Source of the DNA: an uncultured Gemmatimonadales bacterium
GTDB taxonomy: Bacteria > Gemmatimonadota > Gemmatimonadetes > Gemmatimonadales > GWC2-71-9
DNA: 64,000 nt
Assembly: GCA_963771275.1 (NCBI GenBank)
Contig: CAVYSW010000003.1
Span: 224,001-288,000 of the forward strand
Reading direction: 5' to 3'
In this document: in pieces, positions 11,117 to 34,366 of the stretch
How the letters are laid out: each line of letters starts with the position of its first letter
Position numbering within the stretch: the first letter of the stretch is position 1
Position numbers and translations under genes: made by a program
Notes under the pieces: model-generated
Database searches by the model: none
Told to the model about the DNA's origin: nothing
The model's input: the letters and a program-made list of their open reading frames with translations, nothing else

Positions 11117-11469
11117 TACTCCTCCTTCTCCGCCACGCGGATCTCCACCGTGCTCATCCGCTTGTGAATCGGGGTCGCACGCCCGTGCGCCGCGGCGTGC
11201 CACCGCTTCAGCGTCGGCCCTTCGTTGACCACCGCGTACGCCACGATCAGCTTGTCCACGTCGAACGCCCGGTTCGCCCGGAGCGCGTCCTGCTCGGCAT
11301 TCGACACCGCCGATCGAAGCACCTTCTCGATTTGCTGGGCCGCCCGCTTCTTCGAGTGCTTCAACAGCGCGTACGCCCCGTTCACGTCCAGGCCCCGCAC
11401 CTCGTCGATCACGAGCCGCATCTTCCGCGCAGACTGGCGCACCCAGCGCTGTGTCGCTCTCGCCGCCAT
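11116..11469 (-). CDS. rplV: 50S ribosomal protein L22
   Basis: [24 protein letters not shown]. Confidence 0.96.
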   Translation of the reverse strand: MAARATQRWVRQSARKMRLVIDEVRGLDVNGAYALLKHSKKRAAQQIEKVLRSAVSNAEQDALRANRAFDVDKLIVAYAVVNEGPTLKRWHAAAHGRATPIHKRMSTVEIRVAEKEE

Positions 11470-11478
11470 GAGGCCTCC

Positions 11479-11838
11479 TTACCGCTTCGCCGACGGCCCG
11501 GCGGGTGCCGGCGACGCCGGAGCTGCCGCGGGCGTGGCGGGTGCGCCGCCCGCCGGCCCCTTGTCCGGCGCCGCCGTCGGCCTGCCACCGTGGCCGCGGA
11601 ACAACCGGGTCGGCGAGAACTCGCCCAGGTGGTGTCCGACCATGTTCTCCGACACGTACACCGGGACGAACTTGTTCCCGTTGTGCACCGCAATCGTATG
11701 CCCGACGAACTCGGGCGTAATGGTCGAACGCCGCGACCAGGTCTTCAGCACGCGGCGCTCGTTCGCCGCGTTGAGACCCTGGATCTTGCGGAGGAGCGCC
11801 TCCTCCACGAACGGGCCCTTCTTGATGCTCCGTGCCAT
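11479..11838 (-). CDS. rpsS: 30S ribosomal protein S19 with Pro/Ala-rich C-terminal tail
   Basis: [29 protein letters not shown]. Confidence 0.97.
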   Translation of the reverse strand: MARSIKKGPFVEEALLRKIQGLNAANERRVLKTWSRRSTITPEFVGHTIAVHNGNKFVPVYVSENMVGHHLGEFSPTRLFRGHGGRPTAAPDKGPAGGAPATPAAAPASPAPAGPSAKR

Positions 11839-11856
11839 ACGCGCTCTCGTTGCCCC

Positions 11857-12696
11857 TTACTGCGTCGCTTTGCCGCGCCGGCGCCCGCGGACGATGAGCC
11901 GGGTGCTCGATTTCTTCCGCTTGCGCGTCTTTCGCCCCTCGGGCTTCCCCCACGGCGAGCACGGCGGGCGCCCGCCGGAGGACTTGCCCTCACCGCCACC
12001 CAGCGGGTGGTCTACCGGATTCCGTGCCACACCGCGCACCCGCGGCCGCCGTCCGAGCCAACGGGACTTGCCCGCCTTGCCGACGCGCACCAGCTCGTGC
12101 TCGGCGTTCCCCACCTCGCCGATCGTCGCCCAGCACTCGCCGCGCACCATCCGCACTTCCCCGCTGCGCAGCTTGAGCGTCACGTGGACGCCCTCCTTCG
12201 CCACCACCTGGGCGCCAGCGCCCGCCGAGCGGCAGAGCTGCGCGCCGCGACCCGGCTTGAGCTCGATACAGTGTACCGTCGTGCCAAGCGGGATCTCGTT
12301 GAGCGGCAGGGCGTTGCCGTTGCGGATGTCGCTGCCCGACCCGGCCACCACGGTCTCCCCCGCCCGCAGCCCCTTGGGATGCAGGATGTAGCGCTTCTCC
12401 CCGTCCGCGTACGTGAGCAGCGCGATCCGCGCCGTCCGGTTCGGATCGTACTCGATTTCGGCGACCCGGGCCGGAATGCCGGGCTTGGCCCGCCGGAAAT
12501 CGATCCGCCGGTAGCGCCGCTTGTGCCCGCCCCCGCGGTACCGCGCGGAGACATGGCCCTTGCTGTCGCGCCCGCCACCCTGGGGCAGCGGCTCCACCAG
12601 CGAGGCTTCGGGCTCGGCCCGCGTCAGCTCCGCAAAGTCGGAGACGGAGCGCAGCCGGCTGCCGGCGCTGGTCGGTCGAAACTGTCGGACGCCCAT
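11857..12696 (-). CDS. rplB: 50S ribosomal protein L2
   Basis: [13 protein letters not shown] and [12 protein letters not shown]. Confidence 0.97.
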   Translation of the reverse strand: MGVRQFRPTSAGSRLRSVSDFAELTRAEPEASLVEPLPQGGGRDSKGHVSARYRGGGHKRRYRRIDFRRAKPGIPARVAEIEYDPNRTARIALLTYADGEKRYILHPKGLRAGETVVAGSGSDIRNGNALPLNEIPLGTTVHCIELKPGRGAQLCRSAGAGAQVVAKEGVHVTLKLRSGEVRMVRGECWATIGEVGNAEHELVRVGKAGKSRWLGRRPRVRGVARNPVDHPLGGGEGKSSGGRPPCSPWGKPEGRKTRKRKKSSTRLIVRGRRRGKATQ

Positions 12697-12700
12697 GGCT

Positions 12701-12988
12701 TCAGCCCTCGAACACCGGGATCGTGTCGCCTTCCTTCAGCCGCACGAACGCCTTCTTCCAGGCGGGACGCCGGCCCACGGATTTCCCGCGAGTCCGCCGT
12801 TTCGCGCGCTGCATCAGCGTCCGCACGTGCACCACCTGCACACCGAACATCTGCTGGATCGCCGCGCGGATCAGCGGCTTCGTCGCGTCCGGATGCACTT
12901 CGAACGCGTACTCCTTGAGCGCGCCCCACTGGCTCGAGGATTTCTCGGTGACTACCGGCCGCACCAGCGTGTGGTACACGTCAGGCAT
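12701..12988 (-). CDS. rplW: 50S ribosomal protein L23
   Basis: [27 protein letters not shown]. Confidence 0.95.
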   Translation of the reverse strand: MPDVYHTLVRPVVTEKSSSQWGALKEYAFEVHPDATKPLIRAAIQQMFGVQVVHVRTLMQRAKRRTRGKSVGRRPAWKKAFVRLKEGDTIPVFEG

Positions 12989-13772
12989 CGCTGCCACCCT
13001 TCTTCTTCGACGGCTTCGTCGCCTTGGCCGCCTTGGCGCCCTTGCCCGCCGCCGGCTTCCGCGCGGGCTTCTTGCGCGCGCGCTTCACAACCGGCTTGCG
13101 GACCGCCTCCGCCTTCTTCGCGCGCTTCGCACGGGGCGCGTCCTTCCGCGCCGTGCCGGCGATCACGTGCCCGCCGATCGCCGCCTCCTCCACCACCAGC
13201 GCATCGGCCCGCAACACCTCGTACGCCGACGCGTCCCGATACCGCTGGACCTCCACCCCCGGGATGTTGCGCGCCGAGAGGTAGATGTGCGGGTTGGCCT
13301 CGGCCGTGAGCACCAGCACGGACCGGCCCGCCAGCCCGAGCGTCTCCAGCAGCTCGGCCATCTGCCGCGTCTTGGGCGCCGTGAACTCGAACCCCTCGAC
13401 GACGTGGATCACCCCGGCCTGCGCCCGCGCGTTCAGCGCCGAGCGGCGCGCCAGCTGCCGCACCTTGCGCGGCAGCTCGGTGCGGTAGCTCCGCGGCGTC
13501 GGGCCGAACACCGTCCCCCCGCCCGGCCAGTGCGGCGCCCGGTTCGACCCCTGCCGCGCCCGGCCCGTGCCCTTCTGCCGCCACGGCTTCTGGTTGCCGC
13601 CCGAGACGAACCCGCGGGTCTTGGTCGCGTGGGTCCCTTGCCGCTGGTTGTTCAGGAACGCCCGCACCGCGTGGTACAGCGCCCCCTGATTCACCACGCC
13701 GTCGTACTCGGCCGGCAGGGCATAGCTGCCCTTCTTCTTCGCCGCCGCCGTGTAGTGATGGGCCTCAAGCAT
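12981..13772 (-). CDS. rplD: 50S ribosomal protein L4 with Lys/Ala/Arg-rich C-terminal tail
   Basis: [15 protein letters not shown] and GGGTVFGP. Confidence 0.97.
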   Translation of the reverse strand: MLEAHHYTAAAKKKGSYALPAEYDGVVNQGALYHAVRAFLNNQRQGTHATKTRGFVSGGNQKPWRQKGTGRARQGSNRAPHWPGGGTVFGPTPRSYRTELPRKVRQLARRSALNARAQAGVIHVVEGFEFTAPKTRQMAELLETLGLAGRSVLVLTAEANPHIYLSARNIPGVEVQRYRDASAYEVLRADALVVEEAAIGGHVIAGTARKDAPRAKRAKKAEAVRKPVVKRARKKPARKPAAGKGAKAAKATKPSKKKGGSDA

Positions 13773-14400
13773 ACCGGCTCCGCTTCCCCTGCTTGCGAAT
13801 CAGCACGATGCCCCGCATCGGGCCCGGCACCGCGCCCCGGACGAAGAGCAGGTTGTTCTCGGCATCGACCTTGACCACGCGGAGCCCGGTCTCGGTGTGG
13901 CGCGCCGCCCCGTGATGCCCCGGCAGCTTCTTGCCCTTGAGCACCCGCGAAGGGTCAGTCCCCGGTCCGATGCTGCCGGGCTTCCGGTAGCGCGTGTTGC
14001 CGTGGGACGCCGGACCGCCGCTAAACCCGTGACGCTTGACGACGCCTTGGAACCCGCGGCCCTTGGTCGTCCCGGTCACCTTCACCCGGTCGCCCACCGC
14101 GAAGATGCCGACCGTTACGGTCTCCCCGGTGGCGGGGAGGGCCCCGGCCACACGGAATTCCCGCAGCACCGCGACGCCTCCCTCGACGCCGGCCGCCTTC
14201 AGGTGTCCCAACTGGGCTTTGGCGACGCGCTTGGCCTTCCGCGCGCCGAACCCCAGCTGGACCGCCGCCCCGCCCGGCGCGGCGCCGCGCACCCGCACAA
14301 CCGGGCACGGCCCCGCCTCGATCACCGTCACCGGGTGGACCTGGCCGTCTTCCTCGAAGAAGCGCGACATGCCGAGCTTCCGGCCAATGAGTTCGTTCAT
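13765..14400 (-). CDS. rplC: 50S ribosomal protein L3
   Basis: [33 protein letters not shown]. Confidence 0.97.
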   Translation of the reverse strand: MNELIGRKLGMSRFFEEDGQVHPVTVIEAGPCPVVRVRGAAPGGAAVQLGFGARKAKRVAKAQLGHLKAAGVEGGVAVLREFRVAGALPATGETVTVGIFAVGDRVKVTGTTKGRGFQGVVKRHGFSGGPASHGNTRYRKPGSIGPGTDPSRVLKGKKLPGHHGAARHTETGLRVVKVDAENNLLFVRGAVPGPMRGIVLIRKQGKRSRYA

Positions 14401-14403
14401 GCG

Positions 14404-14715
14404 CTACCCGACCTTGATCTCCACGTCCACGCCCGCCGGCAGATCCAGCTTCGTCAGCGCATCCACGGTCTGCGGGCGCGAGTCGTGGATGTCGATCAGC
14501 CGCTTGTGCGTCTTCAGCTCGAACTGCTCGCGGCTCTTCTTGTCGATGTGCGGGCTCCGCAGCACCGTCCAGCGCTGCACCTTCGTGGGCAGCGGGATGG
14601 GACCCGAGATCGTCGCCCCGGTCTTCTCCACCGTGCGCACGATGTCCGACGTCGCCTGGTCCAGGACCGCGTAGTCGAACGCCTTCAACCGGATTCGGAT
14701 TTGCTGGCCCGCCAT
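14404..14715 (-). CDS. rpsJ: 30S ribosomal protein S10
   Basis: [30 protein letters not shown]. Confidence 0.97.
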   Translation of the reverse strand: MAGQQIRIRLKAFDYAVLDQATSDIVRTVEKTGATISGPIPLPTKVQRWTVLRSPHIDKKSREQFELKTHKRLIDIHDSRPQTVDALTKLDLPAGVDVEIKVG

Positions 14716-14737
14716 ATAGTCCGCTCGTTTCGCCTGG

Positions 14738-15937
<1,200 letters not shown>

Positions 15938-15949
15938 TGGTCGCTGCCC

Positions 15950-18049
<2,100 letters not shown>

Positions 18050-18229
18050 ATCCCTTCAAGCGCTCGCGCGCGGTGACCGTCTCTGTTGCCCGGGCCCCAT
18101 GCAGGGCACGAAAAACGCGGGGCGACCGTCGTCTGCACGCAGACAGGTCTCGCTCCGCCACCGTCCGGGTCTCACCCTGCAACGTGGGTCCCGCCTTCGG
18201 ACCCGCGAGTTGTCGCTACCGCCGGCCGA

Positions 18230-18696
18230 CTACCAGCGGTAATGGGCGAACGCGCGGTTCGCCTCCGCCATCTTGTGCGTGTCTTCCTTCTTCTTGATGG
18301 CGTTGCCCTCGCCCTTCGAGGCGAGCACCAGCTCCGCTGCGAGCCGTTCGGCCATGGACTTCTCGCCGCGCTGACGCGCGTACTGCAGAATCCAGCGCAT
18401 CGCCAGCGCGGTCCGCCGCTCCGGTCGCACCTCGACCGGCACCTGGTACGTGGCACCACCCACGCGCCGACTCTTCACCTCGAGCGCGGGCTTCGTGTTG
18501 TTTAGCGCCTGCTTGAACACGTTCACGCCGGGCTGGCCGGTGCGCTGCTCGATCAGGTCCATCGCCCGGTAGAAGATCCCCTCGGCCACCGACTTGTTGC
18601 CCGCCGTCATCAGGTTGTTCAGGAACTTGCTGACGGTCTGGCTGTCGTAGCGCGGATCGGCCGGCACCGGCCGCCGAACGGCCTTCTGCCGCCGAC

Positions 18697-18700
<4 letters not shown>
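18230..18700 (-). CDS. rpsG: 30S ribosomal protein S7
   Basis: [12 protein letters not shown] and [15 protein letters not shown]. Confidence 0.97.
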
Positions 18701-19068
<368 letters not shown>

Positions 19069-19116
19069 ATGCGATCCGACGCCCACCTCGCAAACGCGGT
19101 TTCCAGAGAGACTTGA

Positions 19117-19145
19117 AACTTATCGGACCCGGATAGACGGGTCAA
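19117..19145 (-). promoter_or_regulatory. Sigma70-type promoter for the rpsL (str/S10/spc) transcript
   Basis: TTGACC-N17-TAAGTT on the minus strand in the rpoC-rpsL spacer. Confidence 0.6.
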
Positions 19146-19149
19146 CCCC

Positions 19150-23442
<4,293 letters not shown>

Positions 23443-23456
23443 CGGTCGCTTCCCCC

Positions 23457-27938
<4,482 letters not shown>

Positions 27939-28123
27939 CAACCGTCCTCAGGCAACGCGAACGGCCCCGTCCGCTCCCGCCCAGTGCGGGTGGAACACGG
28001 CATCGGGGCTCGCCTCGCGAGCAGGGTGATACGAACGACGTCGATCCTGGTGCATACCGTCCCGGCTGAAGTTCAGGTCCGCGGGCGCCCGTCCCGCACG
28101 GGCGGCGCGTCCCGGGGCCCGGG

Positions 28124-28516
28124 CTACTTCAACTCGACGGTCGCTCCCTGCTCCTCGAGCTTTTTCTTGACAGCTTCCGCCTCGTCCTTCGTCACGCCTT
28201 CCTTCACGGTGCCCGGCGCGTTGTCCACCAGGTCCTTGGCCTCTTTCAGGCCGAGCGTCGTCACCTCGCGCACGGCCTTGATCACCTGGATCTTCTTGGC
28301 TCCCACTTCCTTGAGAACCACGGTGAACTCCGTCTTCTCTTCCGCCGCGGGCGCCGCGTCCCCGCCACCGCCCGCCGCCGCCGCGGCCACCGGCGCCGCC
28401 GCGATCGTGACGTTGAACTTCTCCTTGAACGCCTCGATCAGATCAGCCAGCTCCATGACCGTCATGTTGCTGATCGCCTCGAGGATCTCGCCCTTGCTCA
28501 GAGTCGTGGTGGCCAT
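28124..28516 (-). CDS. rplL: 50S ribosomal protein L7/L12
   Basis: ATG 28516; Ala/Gly hinge; [29 protein letters not shown]. Confidence 0.97.
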   Translation of the reverse strand: MATTTLSKGEILEAISNMTVMELADLIEAFKEKFNVTIAAAPVAAAAAGGGGDAAPAAEEKTEFTVVLKEVGAKKIQVIKAVREVTTLGLKEAKDLVDNAPGTVKEGVTKDEAEAVKKKLEEQGATVELK

Positions 28517-28542
28517 CGCGTGCTCTCTTTCCCCCAACCAGG

Positions 28543-29064
28543 TTACGCAGCTTCGGCGCGCTGCTTGTGGAGCGCCTCCAGGGCGCCAACCCATTGATAC
28601 AGCAACCCGTTCATGGCGCCCAGGAACCCCTGCAACGGCGCCTGCAAGCCACCCGCGAGCTGGCCGAGCAACTCGGCGCGCGACGGGAGCCTTGCGAGCT
28701 TCTGCACGTCCTGCGCGGTGATCGGCCGGCCTTCCACCAGCCCCGCCTTCACCGTGAACGCCTCGGCTTCCTTCTGGAAGTCGGTGATGATCTTCGCCGC
28801 CGTGACCGGATCCGCTGCGAACACGAACCCGGTGGGGCCCGCCAGCCGCTCCGCGAGTCCGGTGACCGTCGCCTCCGCAAACGCCCGCCCCGCCAGCGTG
28901 TTCTTCACGACGACGTACTCCAGCCCGGCCGCGCGCAGCCGCCGACGGAGATCCGTCATCTGCTTCACCCGGAGGCCGGTGAAGTCCGTGAGGTACAGGT
29001 TGGGCAGTCGCGCCAGCCGTTCGCGGATGTCGGCGACGATCGTGGCCTTCTCCGTGCGATTCAT
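28543..29064 (-). CDS. rplJ: 50S ribosomal protein L10
   Basis: [22 protein letters not shown]. Confidence 0.96.
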   Translation of the reverse strand: MNRTEKATIVADIRERLARLPNLYLTDFTGLRVKQMTDLRRRLRAAGLEYVVVKNTLAGRAFAEATVTGLAERLAGPTGFVFAADPVTAAKIITDFQKEAEAFTVKAGLVEGRPITAQDVQKLARLPSRAELLGQLAGGLQAPLQGFLGAMNGLLYQWVGALEALHKQRAEAA

Positions 29065-29747
29065 CGATACCCCGCCGTGTCGACCGGAACGCCCGGCCCC
29101 ATGGTGCTGGAAACGGTCACCGAGCGCAGGAACGTCCCCTTGGCGGCCGCAGGCTTCGCCCGCACGACCGCCTCCACGAAGACGTTGAGATTCTCGTGGA
29201 GCTGCTCCTTGGAGAACGAGACCTTGCCGATCGGGCCGTGGATGTTGCCGGTCTTGTCCACGCGGAACTCGATCTTGCCCGCCTTGATCTCCTTGATCGC
29301 CCGCGCGATGTCCATCGTGACCGTGCCGGACTTCGGATTCGGCATCAGGCCGCGCGGCCCCAGAATGCGGCCGAGCTGGCCGACCTGCCCCATCATGTCC
29401 GGCGTGGCCACAATCACGTCACAGTCCAGCCAGCCATCCTTGATCTTCTGGATGTACTCCGGCCCGACGCAGTCCGCGCCCGCCGCCTCGGCCTCCTTCG
29501 CCTTGTCCCCCTGGGCCAGGGCCAGCACCCGCACGGTCTTCCCCACCCCGTGCGGGAGTACCACCGTCCCGCGGACGATCTGATCGGCGTGCCGCGGATC
29601 CACCCCGAGATTCATCGCCACGTCCACCGATTCGTCGAACTTGGCGAATGCCGCCTTCTTGACGATCTCGACCGCCAGGCTCGGCACATACCGCTGCGTG
29701 CGATCGACCGTCGCCGCGGCGGTCCGGAACTGCTTGCCCGCCGGCAT
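29061..29747 (-). CDS. rplA: 50S ribosomal protein L1
   Basis: ATG 29747; [25 protein letters not shown]. Confidence 0.97.
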   Translation of the reverse strand: MPAGKQFRTAAATVDRTQRYVPSLAVEIVKKAAFAKFDESVDVAMNLGVDPRHADQIVRGTVVLPHGVGKTVRVLALAQGDKAKEAEAAGADCVGPEYIQKIKDGWLDCDVIVATPDMMGQVGQLGRILGPRGLMPNPKSGTVTMDIARAIKEIKAGKIEFRVDKTGNIHGPIGKVSFSKEQLHENLNVFVEAVVRAKPAAAKGTFLRSVTVSSTMGPGVPVDTAGYR

Positions 29748-30172
29748 CAGTCCACCACCTCGATCCCCATGGACCGTGCGGTCCCCGCGATGATGCGCAT
29801 CGCCGCGTCGACGTCGTTCGCGTTCAAGTCCGGCATCTTGAGCTCGGCGATCCGGCGCACCTGGGCATGCGTCACCTTCGCCACCTTGTCGCGGTTGGGC
29901 GCCGGCGACCCCTTCTCGAGTCCCGCCTCTTTCTTGAGCAGCGCCGCCGCCGGTGGCGTCTTGGTGATGAAGGTGAAGCTCCGATCCTGGTAGATCGTCA
30001 CTTCCACCGGAATCACCATCCCCGGCTGGCTCTGGGTGCGCGCGTTGAACTGCTTGCAGAACTCCATGATGTTGACACCCTGCGGACCCAGGGCGGTACC
30101 AACCGGAGGCGCCGGCGTTGCTGCGCCAGCCGTGACCTGCAGCTTCACGAAGCCGATCTGCCGTTTCGCCAT
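29747..30172 (-). CDS. rplK: 50S ribosomal protein L11
   Basis: [29 protein letters not shown]. Confidence 0.97.
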   Translation of the reverse strand: MAKRQIGFVKLQVTAGAATPAPPVGTALGPQGVNIMEFCKQFNARTQSQPGMVIPVEVTIYQDRSFTFITKTPPAAALLKKEAGLEKGSPAPNRDKVAKVTHAQVRRIAELKMPDLNANDVDAAMRIIAGTARSMGIEVVD

Positions 30173-30326
30173 GCACTCCTCACTCGCGCCGGGACCGGGT
30201 CCCTGGCTGCCACGTATGCCCCGTGGTCGTGGTACTGCCGCTCGATTCTCGCCCGCCGTCGTCGAACGGTGGCGTCCCTGCTCCGCTCCGCGCTGCCACC
30301 GCCCCCCGGTGCCGGGGAGGCCGGGG

Positions 30327-30869
30327 TCAGTGCCCCCGCAACTGCAGGTAGTCCAGCTCGACCGTCGTGGGGCGTCCGAACAGGCTCACGCTCACCCGCA
30401 CCTTCCCCTTGTCCGTGAGCACCTCTTCCACCGTGCCGCTGAAATCGGTGAACGGCCCTTCCATGATCTCCACGACCTGGCCCACGAGGAACGGGATCTC
30501 CTCGCGGGGCGCCGTCTCCGCCGCCGGCTCCACGATGCCGAGCAGCCGGTTGACCTCGTCCTGGCGCAGCGGCTGAGGCGTCCACCCCTGACCCACGAAC
30601 TTGATGACGCCCTGCAGGCTGTTGATGATATGGAGCGACTCCTGGGTCATGACCATCTCGACCAGCACGTACCCGGGATAGCGCTTCCGCTCAACCTGGA
30701 CCTTCTTGCCGTTCTTGATCTCGATCACCTGCTCCGTCGGGACCAGCGCCTGCCGAATGAGCCGGTCCTCCGGCGCCTTCGGATCCTGGTCGATCCGGCG
30801 CTGGATCAGCGAGCGGACCTTGTTCTCATGGCCCGCCGTCGTCTGAATCGCGTACCACCGCGCCTCCAT
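30327..30869 (-). CDS. nusG: Transcription termination/antitermination factor NusG
   Basis: [29 protein letters not shown] (KOW); alternative GTG start at 30884. Confidence 0.96.
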   Translation of the reverse strand: MEARWYAIQTTAGHENKVRSLIQRRIDQDPKAPEDRLIRQALVPTEQVIEIKNGKKVQVERKRYPGYVLVEMVMTQESLHIINSLQGVIKFVGQGWTPQPLRQDEVNRLLGIVEPAAETAPREEIPFLVGQVVEIMEGPFTDFSGTVEEVLTDKGKVRVSVSLFGRPTTVELDYLQLRGH

Positions 30870-30880
30870 GCCGACCTCGA

Positions 30881-31138
30881 TCACCGCAGTGCACGGCCCA
30901 GGAGATCGATCAACACCCACGACGAGATCAGGTCCATCAGGCCGATGATCAGGCCGATGACGATCACGAACACGATGATCACGATCGTGGTCCGCCGCAG
31001 GTCGTCCCACGTGGGCCACGTGACCTTGTCGACCTCCGCGCGCACCTCGCGGACGTACGTCACGACCCGCTGCAGGAACCCGCCGACCCGGCGGGCAAGC
31101 CCCGTGCGCTCCTCAGCCCCCGTCGCCACGACCGCCAC
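30881..31138 (-). CDS. secE: Preprotein translocase subunit SecE
   Basis: EVRAEVDKVTWP followed by one TM helix; lies between rpmG and nusG. Confidence 0.92.
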   Translation of the reverse strand: MAVVATGAEERTGLARRVGGFLQRVVTYVREVRAEVDKVTWPTWDDLRRTTIVIIVFVIVIGLIIGLMDLISSWVLIDLLGRALR

Positions 31139-31139
31139 C

Positions 31140-31292
31140 TTACTTGGATTCCTTGTGGGGCTTGTACGTCCCACAGCGCGGGCAGAACTTCTTCCACTCG
31201 ACGCGCTCCGGGTGCTTCCGCCGGTTCTTCGTCGTGAAGTAGTTCCGACTCTTGCAGTCGGTGCATTCCATGATGATGTTCTCACGCGGCAT
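31140..31292 (-). CDS. rpmG: 50S ribosomal protein L33 (zinc-binding form)
   Basis: Not in ORF track. Manual translation: [50 protein letters not shown]. Confidence 0.95.
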   Translation of the reverse strand: MPRENIIMECTDCKSRNYFTTKNRRKHPERVEWKKFCPRCGTYKPHKESK

Positions 31293-31355
31293 ACGCGCCT
31301 CTCGCTGATCGGGGCCGCGCCGCGGCGCCGCCCCCCTGCTCCCGACTCACCCCAG

Positions 31356-31427
31356 AGCTCGCGATGGGGATTGAACCCATGGCCTCGTCCTTACCAAGGA
31401 CGCGCTCTACCACTGAGCTACGCGAGC
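31356..31427 (-). tRNA. tRNA-Thr(GGT)
   Basis: Cloverleaf GCTCGCG/CGCGAGC; anticodon loop TTGGTAA; GGTTCAATCC; CCA not encoded. Confidence 0.95.
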
Positions 31428-31432
31428 CTCTA

Positions 31433-31505
31433 AGCGGGCGACGGGACTCGAACCCGCGACCCTCAGCTTGGAAGGCTGATGCTCTACCAACTGAGCTACA
31501 CCCGC
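31433..31505 (-). tRNA. tRNA-Gly(TCC)
   Basis: GCGGGTG/CGCCCGC acceptor stem; loop CTTCCAA; GGTTCGAGTCC. Confidence 0.95.
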
Positions 31506-31568
31506 GGAGCCTGGCCCCACCGTCTGCCCCGATTACCAGACGTCGCGCTCCCGGGCGCGGCGCCCACA

Positions 31569-31651
<83 letters not shown>

Positions 31652-31736
31652 CTGCCCGCGCCAGTCCGCTCAGCAGACCACCCCGCAGGCAACGCGGGGT
31701 GGCCGTGCGCGCAGGACGAGCGCCTGCCTCGCATGC

Positions 31737-31812
31737 TGGAGCTGACGAAGGGACTCGAACCCTTAACCTGCTGATTACAAATCAGCTGCTCTGCCAGTTG
31801 AGCTACGTCAGC
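31737..31812 (-). tRNA. tRNA-Thr(TGT)
   Basis: GCTGACG/CGTCAGC acceptor stem; loop TTTGTAA; CCA encoded. Confidence 0.95.
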
Positions 31813-31838
31813 CTTGGGCCATTTTTTGCGAGACTTGT

Positions 31839-31867
31839 ACCTTAACCTGCGGTGGAAGGAGAGTCAA
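31839..31867 (-). promoter_or_regulatory. Sigma70-type promoter of the tRNA-rpmG-secE-nusG transcript
   Basis: TTGACT-N17-TAAGGT, 26 nt upstream of tRNA-Thr(TGT). Confidence 0.65.
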
Positions 31868-31886
31868 CGCCCCACCCGTCGCCAAC

Positions 31887-33428
31887 TTACGCGCCCCCCG
31901 CCTCCCTGCTCCCCGGTCCCGACCGCACCCGCCAGCGCGTCCCCTGCGGGGTGTCCTCCAGCTCGACCCCGCGCGCCGCGAGCTCGTCGCGAATCGCGTC
32001 CGCCCGGGCGAAGTCCCGCGCCTGCCGCGCGGCGCGGCGTTCCTCGACCTTGTCCGCCACCCAGCCCGCCAGCGCCGCATCGACAGCCGTCCCCTCCCCA
32101 GCAGTCGCCAGATCCGCCGACAGCTGCCCGGACCCGGACGGCCCTGCGCTGCTCGTGCCGCTGAGCACCCGGGGCACGACGTCCAGCAACTGCAGGATCG
32201 GATCGAGGACCCCCAGGGCCGCGGCTGCCTGCACCGGCGTCCACGCGCCCTCGTCCAGCACCCGGTTGGCCGCTCGGGCAAACGTGAACAGGGCCGCAAG
32301 TCCTTTGGGCGTATTGAGATCGTCGTCCAGGGCCGCGCGGAACTCGCGCTCCAGCTCGATCGCCTGCGACGGTGCGGGCCCGGGCCCGGAGGCGCCAGCC
32401 GCCGTCTCGAGCAGCCGGTCCCGCAGCATGCCCAGCCGCCGCGCTCCCTCCTCCGCGCCCCGGAGCGCGTCGTCCGTGTAATTCAGCTCCTGACGGTAGT
32501 GGGTGGAGCAGACGAGCAGGCGGAAGGCGGCCGGATCCACGCCTTCCTCACGCAGATCCCGCACGGTGAGGATGTTGCCGAACCGCTTGGACATCTTGGT
32601 CCCATGCACGGTGAGGAACTCCCCGTGCAGCCACACCCGGGCGAAGGTCGCCCCCGTCGCCCCCTCCGACTGCGCAATCTCGTTCTCGTGATGGGGGAAC
32701 ACGAGGTCCTTGCCCCCCGCGTGGATATCGAGCGTCTCGATGCCAAACCGGGTGCGGATTTCGCTGAGGGACATCGCCGAGCATTCCAGATGCCACCCCG
32801 GGCGGCCGCGCCCAAACGGGGCGTCCCACGCGGCGCCCACCGCCTCATCCACGGAGCCCGCGGCCTTCCACAGCGCGAAATCCCGCGCCTCCTCCTTGTC
32901 GTATTCGTCGCTAGCGACGCGGGCCCCCGCTTTCAGCTCCCGCGTGTCGAGCCGCGAGAGGCGGCCGTAGGTCGGAAACGCGCGCACGGCGAAGTACACC
33001 GACCCGTCCTCGCCGCGATAGGCCAGCCGTCGCTCGAGCAGCCGCTCCACCAGCGCCGTCATCGGGCCGATGTAGTCGGTGGCCCGTGGGTAGACATCGG
33101 CGGGCCGGATGCGCAGGAAATCCCGGTCCTCGAAGAACGCCCTGGTGTACCGCTCGGTGAAGTCCCGGATCGCCATGCCCTCCGCCGCGGCCGCCTTGAT
33201 GATGCGGTCGTCCACGTCGGTCAGGTTCATGATCAGGAAGACTTCGTACCCGACGTACTCGAGGTAGCGGCGCAGGATGTCGCCGACGAGGAAGGTCCGG
33301 AAGTTCCCGACGTGCGCGTAGTTCCACACGGTGGGGCCGCACATGTACATCGTGACCCGCGGCGGCGCGAGTGGCGCGAACGGCTCGACCCGGCGCGTGA
33401 GCGTGTTGAACAGGGCAAGCCCGCTCAT
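31887..33428 (-). CDS. cysS: Cysteine--tRNA ligase
   Basis: CGPTV..HVGN, DFALWK, GRPGWHLECS, FPHHENE; KMSKR in place of KMSKS. Confidence 0.97.
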   Translation of the reverse strand: MSGLALFNTLTRRVEPFAPLAPPRVTMYMCGPTVWNYAHVGNFRTFLVGDILRRYLEYVGYEVFLIMNLTDVDDRIIKAAAAEGMAIRDFTERYTRAFFEDRDFLRIRPADVYPRATDYIGPMTALVERLLERRLAYRGEDGSVYFAVRAFPTYGRLSRLDTRELKAGARVASDEYDKEEARDFALWKAAGSVDEAVGAAWDAPFGRGRPGWHLECSAMSLSEIRTRFGIETLDIHAGGKDLVFPHHENEIAQSEGATGATFARVWLHGEFLTVHGTKMSKRFGNILTVRDLREEGVDPAAFRLLVCSTHYRQELNYTDDALRGAEEGARRLGMLRDRLLETAAGASGPGPAPSQAIELEREFRAALDDDLNTPKGLAALFTFARAANRVLDEGAWTPVQAAAALGVLDPILQLLDVVPRVLSGTSSAGPSGSGQLSADLATAGEGTAVDAALAGWVADKVEERRAARQARDFARADAIRDELAARGVELEDTPQGTRWRVRSGPGSREAGGA

Positions 33429-33583
33429 CGGCGGTGGCCCAAGTTAATGATTGACATGGAGTTCCAAGCGCGGAACCGAAGGCGCACCGGTGCAGACGTC
33501 AACGGTCTGACGGGGAATGGGCTGAGGCGAGCGCGCGGGGTCCGTGACGCCAGCCGGCGGCCCGCCGTCACATCCCGTACTGC

Positions 33584-34366
33584 TCACTTCTTGTCGGGGC
33601 CGTCGTCCTCTTCCACCAGCTCCGCGTCGTGGATCGGCTCGCTCCCGGCCGTGCCGGCGGAGAGCTGCTGCGGCGCTTTCGTCTCCCCCGCACCCAGCAG
33701 TCCCATCTTCTGCTTCAGCTCCAGCAGCCGCTGATCGGCGGATCCGTGGTACTCGAGCGCCGCGAACTCCTGCTGCAACGTGTCGCCGCTCAACTCCCCG
33801 GCGAGCTCGGCGGCCGCCAGGGCCTGGCGCTCCATATCGTCGATCTTCTCCTCCATCCGCGCGAACGTGTCGAACGCGCTCTGGTCACTCATCGAGTGCA
33901 TCGTCTGCTGGATGCGCTGCTGGGCCTCGGCGCGCTTCTGCCGGGCAACCAGGACGTTCTTCTTGCGCTTCAGCTCTTCGATCCGGTCGTTCATCTGGCG
34001 GAGGGAGCCCTTCAGGTTCTCCGTGTCCGCCTTGTGGCGCACCCAGGTCTCGTGGAGCTGCGTCGCGTTCTGCACGTGCTCCGACTGCCGCATGAGGGCC
34101 TGCTTGGCGAGATCGTCGCGCCCTTCCTGGACCGCCAGCATCGCGCGCCGCTCCCAATCCTCTGCCTGCTTCTTCTCGCGCTCCGATTGCGCCTGGAGCT
34201 TCTTCTCGTCGGCGATCGCCCCGGCCACGTCCTGCTTGGTCTTCGCAAGCTGGGTCCGCGCGTCGATCAGGGACTGCTCGAGGACCTTGGAGGGGTCCTC
34301 GGCGCGGCCGATGAGCGCGTTGATGTTCGCTTTGATCACAGTCATCAAGCGCTGGAAGATCCCCAT
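33584..34366 (-). CDS. pspA: PspA/IM30 family protein
   Basis: MGIFQRLMTVIKANIN..AEDP amphipathic N-terminus; WERRAMLA..GRDDLAKQAL; FARMEEKI; coiled coil. Confidence 0.93.
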   Translation of the reverse strand: MGIFQRLMTVIKANINALIGRAEDPSKVLEQSLIDARTQLAKTKQDVAGAIADEKKLQAQSEREKKQAEDWERRAMLAVQEGRDDLAKQALMRQSEHVQNATQLHETWVRHKADTENLKGSLRQMNDRIEELKRKKNVLVARQKRAEAQQRIQQTMHSMSDQSAFDTFARMEEKIDDMERQALAAAELAGELSGDTLQQEFAALEYHGSADQRLLELKQKMGLLGAGETKAPQQLSAGTAGSEPIHDAELVEEDDGPDKK

